Part shown: in pieces, positions 59,788 through 64,000 of the stretch | Numbering within the stretch: position 1 is the stretch's first letter | Layout: each line of letters begins with the position of its first letter | Assembly (NCBI RefSeq): GCF_009914755.1 | Contig: NC_060942.1 | Length of the DNA: 64,000 nt | Direction: 5' to 3' (one strand) | Origin: the human T2T-CHM13v2.0 reference genome, Homo sapiens | Program-made: the position numbers and the translations under genes | Notes under the pieces: generated by a model | Databases searched by the model: none | The model's input: only the letters and a program-made list of their open reading frames with translations | Told to the model about the DNA's origin: nothing

Positions 59788-59857
59788 ACACAACACACAC
59801 ACACTCACACACACACATTAGATAGATAGATGATAGAGAGATGATAGATAGATAGAT
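59788..59857 (+). repeat. Compound (CA)n-(TAGA)n microsatellite
   Basis: A CA run followed by TAGATAGATAGATGATAGAGAGATGATAGATAGATAGA. Confidence 0.9.
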
Positions 59858-60209
59858 TTAAATCATGATTTTACATAACATTGCTTGCTGCATGAATCCA
59901 GTCATAGAGTAGTCAAATACCAATTTCTTACATGGTTGATAAATGGAATCACTTGAGTAATACTACTTCCTGCTATATCCATGCCTGTAATTATAATTTA
60001 ACAGATTTAAAGGACAGAGACTGACCACCTCTATAAGTTGTTTAAAACAGCTAAGTTGTTTTTCAAGTGAATAAACCTACTGGGATGACCTTATAAATCT
60101 TTTCTAGTAACAATATTTTTATTGACGGAAAAAGTAAACAAAATGAAACTTACTTTTACAAATGCTAAATGAAATAGGGACAAGTAACAATATTTGTCTC
60201 TTTCCCCAA

Positions 60210-60443
60210 ATAGTATAAACCTTGCTAAGTGTTCTTACAACAACAACAACAACAACAAAATTTAATAAAGGCATAAGGAGACCTTTAGAGGTGATAGATA
60301 CGTCTATCACTTTCATTATGATGATGGTTTATTGGGTGTATGGCTATGTCTACATTCATCAAATTGTATACATTAAACTGTGTACTTTTTGAATATCAGT
60401 TATACCTCAATAAAGCTATTTAAAAAACAAGAAAACAAAAACA
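60210..60443 (+). mobile_element. L1MA/L1MB-type 3' end, with (CAA)n at 60237-60258
   Basis: GAGGTGATAGATA...CATCAAATTGTATACATTAAA...TTATACCTCAATAAAGCT plus an A-rich tail. Confidence 0.82.
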
Positions 60444-61803
60444 TTATGTCTTTGTAATAAAATGGATAAGAAAGTAGGCCCAATTTCAGGGATTTTTATT
60501 TGTTTTTGTGTTTTGTATGATTGTGTTTTTTTTTAAAGGAGAATCAGTAGTACTTTAATTTCCTCTTTTATTAAGTTACATATTTTAATTTCTTTTCCAT
60601 AAGCAATATATGAACTTGAGTTTCAATAATTGTGACAAATCAAATTGTATCCTCTTCCTCAATGGTGATAGTGCCCTACAGGGATAGGGCACATGAAAGC
60701 TGCTGAAGGGAAGGGATGGGATGGGTATCAAACATTGGTATGCAATAGCACTATTTATGGAGTTTCTTCCAAAATTCTGATTTCTGGGACTACTCCCTGA
60801 GATACTGATTCAGTAATTTTAGAAAAATTTCTACAATTACTAATTCAATAATTGCAGAAAAAGCAGTAATTGCAGAAAAACCATATTAGTATCACTTGAT
60901 TCTAATATAAATTCTGAGTCTAAGCTTTGAAATTCACTTCTCTAGAAAAAAATATTCAAAAATTGGGAGGAGAAGGTGGTAGGGTAAACCACCTTCTGAG
61001 TAATCAACAATTTACCCACATATAACACATAAATCATATGCTGTTATGACCAGAATTTACTATGCATGCATTAATCAATTCCTAAGACAAATGTGCATGT
61101 CTACATATGTGTTAATATACATGTTTGCATATGTGAGTTCATTTTCCAAAGTATGCATATATTATATTTATGTTATTTGATATATTATCTTGCATTTGAA
61201 AGTGATGGATTCCAAAATTTGATAGAGGGAAACTAAAAGTTGAAGTTAAAAAATATATTTCTTTATAGCTGACCAGTATATGCTAATTGATATTTTTATC
61301 AATAGCTTTTCCATTTAATAGAGTTACAATTTTAGTATCTGATTTAGCTTTAGGGAGGGCCTAGAGCCACCTTCAAAAAAACCAATTCTTAATTTTTGTC
61401 TCTGTAAAGGAAGGGAAGTTTTAATTTAAATAATAACCCTGAATGTTGAATGTGTAAATAATGAAAGATTGTGCTAACAACAGAAGATATAAGCTTTTGA
61501 AGCCTGTACATTTGGAGGCATTGTGTTTCCAATACTTCTTCTTTCCAGCCCCTTCTCCCTCCATTTCTCCCTTTCTTCCTCTTTCACTTCCTTCCTCTTT
61601 CACTTCTTTTGTTTGGGCTGCCACTGGCACGGTCCTCCAAGAAGGCCAGTCCTCCTGTCGAAGTAGCAACTATTAGAGTGAGGAAGACTTGAGCTGCAGT
61701 TCTGCCTCTGACTCAAACGAGTTGTGGGTACAAACTGCCTCTCTTGAGACCTATCTATCTATGGTCCTCTCTTCTTTTGTGATTCATTAGCACTGAATTA
61801 GAC

Positions 61804-61970
61804 CAGTCGTTCTGAACTTTTGGGGAGATCTTTCAAATGAAGTAAAATCTGTGGATCCTTTCCACTGGGGGAAAAAAACGTATTAATCACAAATGCACAA
61901 TCATTTTGCACACAGTCTCAGGTGAGTAAGAGCCTCTGAACTAGAAGGCAGCCAGTTTTAATATTCTATG
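61804..61970. mobile_element. hAT-Charlie MITE (MER103-like), degenerate
   Basis: CAGTCGTTCTGAACTTTTGGGG...TGTGGATCCTTTCC...ATTTTGCACACAGTCTCAGG. Confidence 0.5.
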
Positions 61971-64000
61971 ATTTTTGCTACCATGGAGGGGATTGCAGGG
62001 GGAGAAGAAAGAGATGTTCGCATCCTTGTGCACTCAGTGAAAATCTGTTTACTACATGAACAGGTAGGGCAAAAAGATAACCTCCATAAATCATAAGAAT
62101 TGCCAGAGAGCTGTGCTCAAATGCGGAAGAACAGAGCCCAGACTCATATTGATTTATGGATCTCATTGCACCTTTGGTTGGTCAAGTGTGAATTTGTTTT
62201 TCTTCCTGCAATAATACAATAGATGCTTCTGATTATATTTGGTAGTCATTTCTGGAACATGCAGGGATTAGTTTCAATCATTAGAGAGTATGCTTCCCAA
62301 CTTGGCCATCATGCAGGCTTCTGTGGTGTTCAGGGCACTGCTATCTAAAAGTTCTTGGAGGTCTTCTTTTCATGTTTTTTTCAATTAAACATAACTTTAC
62401 CACCACAATCAAAAGTCTGATCATTATATTTCAGTATCTGAAATCACAATATATGCATTGAGCTTTATCTTTGCATTTAGAATTCACTAAATGATATAAA
62501 TTCTCAATCCTCAGAATATAATCCTAACATGATATACGAGTTTAGTAGACGATAATTAATTTATCTTTTTAACTTTTTTATAAGCACCAGACAAAAGTGA
62601 AAGAGAAAATTTGCTATTTTAGCATAATTTATTTAAATTACCCTAAGGCAAATGCTGATATAAGTCACATATTTAAAACAGCAATTATGATTACTTTCCA
62701 TTGCTGTGTCCCATAGCAACAGTGACAAACATACTATGGATTTTGACAAGCAGACTCTTTTACATAGAATGGTGATAAACTTCTTTGTTATCACAAATAA
62801 CTGTCTTGAGTTAGGCAGACAGTAACTTGCAAGTGAAATTTGAGGTGATAGTTTTTGGTAAGAGCAATGAGAATATAGTCTCTTAAATTCCAGGTAATTA
62901 CGTGTCTCAAGGCTTAATAATTGGCTTAATAAATGAATAAATGGCTCTTTGGAATAACTGGATACTAGTTTATTAAATCGTTCATGAAGTTATGGTTAGT
63001 TTCACTTTGTGGAGGATTATAAGAGCACTTCTAAGTCCAACAAAACACTTTGAAAATGCGTTTTATTAATTCAAAAGAGGGCTGCAAAAGACACTGTGGA
63101 TGACAGAAAAAAAAATTGTCTCTCATTAAAGCAGTTGTAGCAACAGCTCCAGACAAAGAACTGAAACAAAATGAATACATTGAGGGTGTTTTCCTTAGGA
63201 AGGCAGTACTTTTAAAGGAGAATAGATACACGAGGCTTAGTTTTTCAAAACTGTTCATTCACAGAGAAATGTGAAACCCAAATGACCAGTCTTCATCGGT
63301 GGTAGCTCCTCTCTCTCAGTCACAGGTTAGTGTCCACCGCCTCTCATTTATGCCACTTCATTCTGTTACCGAGTAAATGCAGCATCATTTCATAGAGAAC
63401 TGATGTTAATAAAATTAGCTGGTCACACATTGGAGCATTTATTGAGATCCTCTGGTTGTACATTTCCAGATCACAGTCAAGAAAGAAAACAACCTGTAGA
63501 CCAATAAGAAAGTGCATCAAAAGCTGCAGGGGCAGCACATTTTTTTCTAACATCATCTCTTCTGGGAAACATTACCCTCCTGTGCTCTTCCAGACCATTG
63601 ATTCCATTCTGAAACCGTAAAAAAGAGATTATAAATCAAGAGAAAGAGGTACTGGTAGAATACTATGAATGGTTTATAAGTTATTTTGTGAACAAAATTG
63701 AGACCATTAGAGCTGGTGAGCAGCTTTCTACCTCTAATCATTTTTTCCATTAACTAAGTTTTGTTGTTTTTTTTTTTTTTGCCCTCTCTAGAGAGAATGG
63801 CATGATTTTTGTAGCTGTATCCTATAGTAGAATTCTAAAGCATCAAACAGGCAGTGTTTACCAATTTCTACCCACTTTGTATATCTTGTTAAGGTGTCAA
63901 CACCTAATATAGGTAAACCTTCCTTCTGACATCTCAGAGTACGAACCGCTGGTTAAACTGCTCTAATAAAACAGAGAAATATAATGAAAGTGGTAAGAGA

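Overview
AT-rich primate (human-like) non-coding genomic DNA, intronic or intergenic. No protein-coding gene, RNA gene, CRISPR array or prokaryotic system is supported. Nearly all listed ORFs are chance frames or derive from repeats. The only real coding remnants are decayed ERV-L pol/dUTPase (about 12.1-13.6 kb) and LINE-1 ORF1/ORF2. Interspersed repeats are abundant: eight Alus (three AluY, five AluS), four THE1 solo LTRs, MST/MLT1/LTR33/LTR16-type LTRs, an internally deleted MLT2/ERV-L provirus with its target-site duplication (TSD), a nested old-L1 complex (about 27.6-46 kb), L2, MIR, MER5/MER58/MADE2 and several microsatellites. I did not find a new biological system. The best second-look items are the truncated ERV-L provirus, DUX4 motifs in two convergent THE1 LTRs, a roughly 50-bp young L1 insertion, an unassigned 154-bp inverted-repeat element, small perfect tandem duplications and a few motif-dense unique segments. 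Subfamily names come from my recall of consensus sequences. Boundaries of old repeats are approximate and should be confirmed with RepeatMasker/Dfam.
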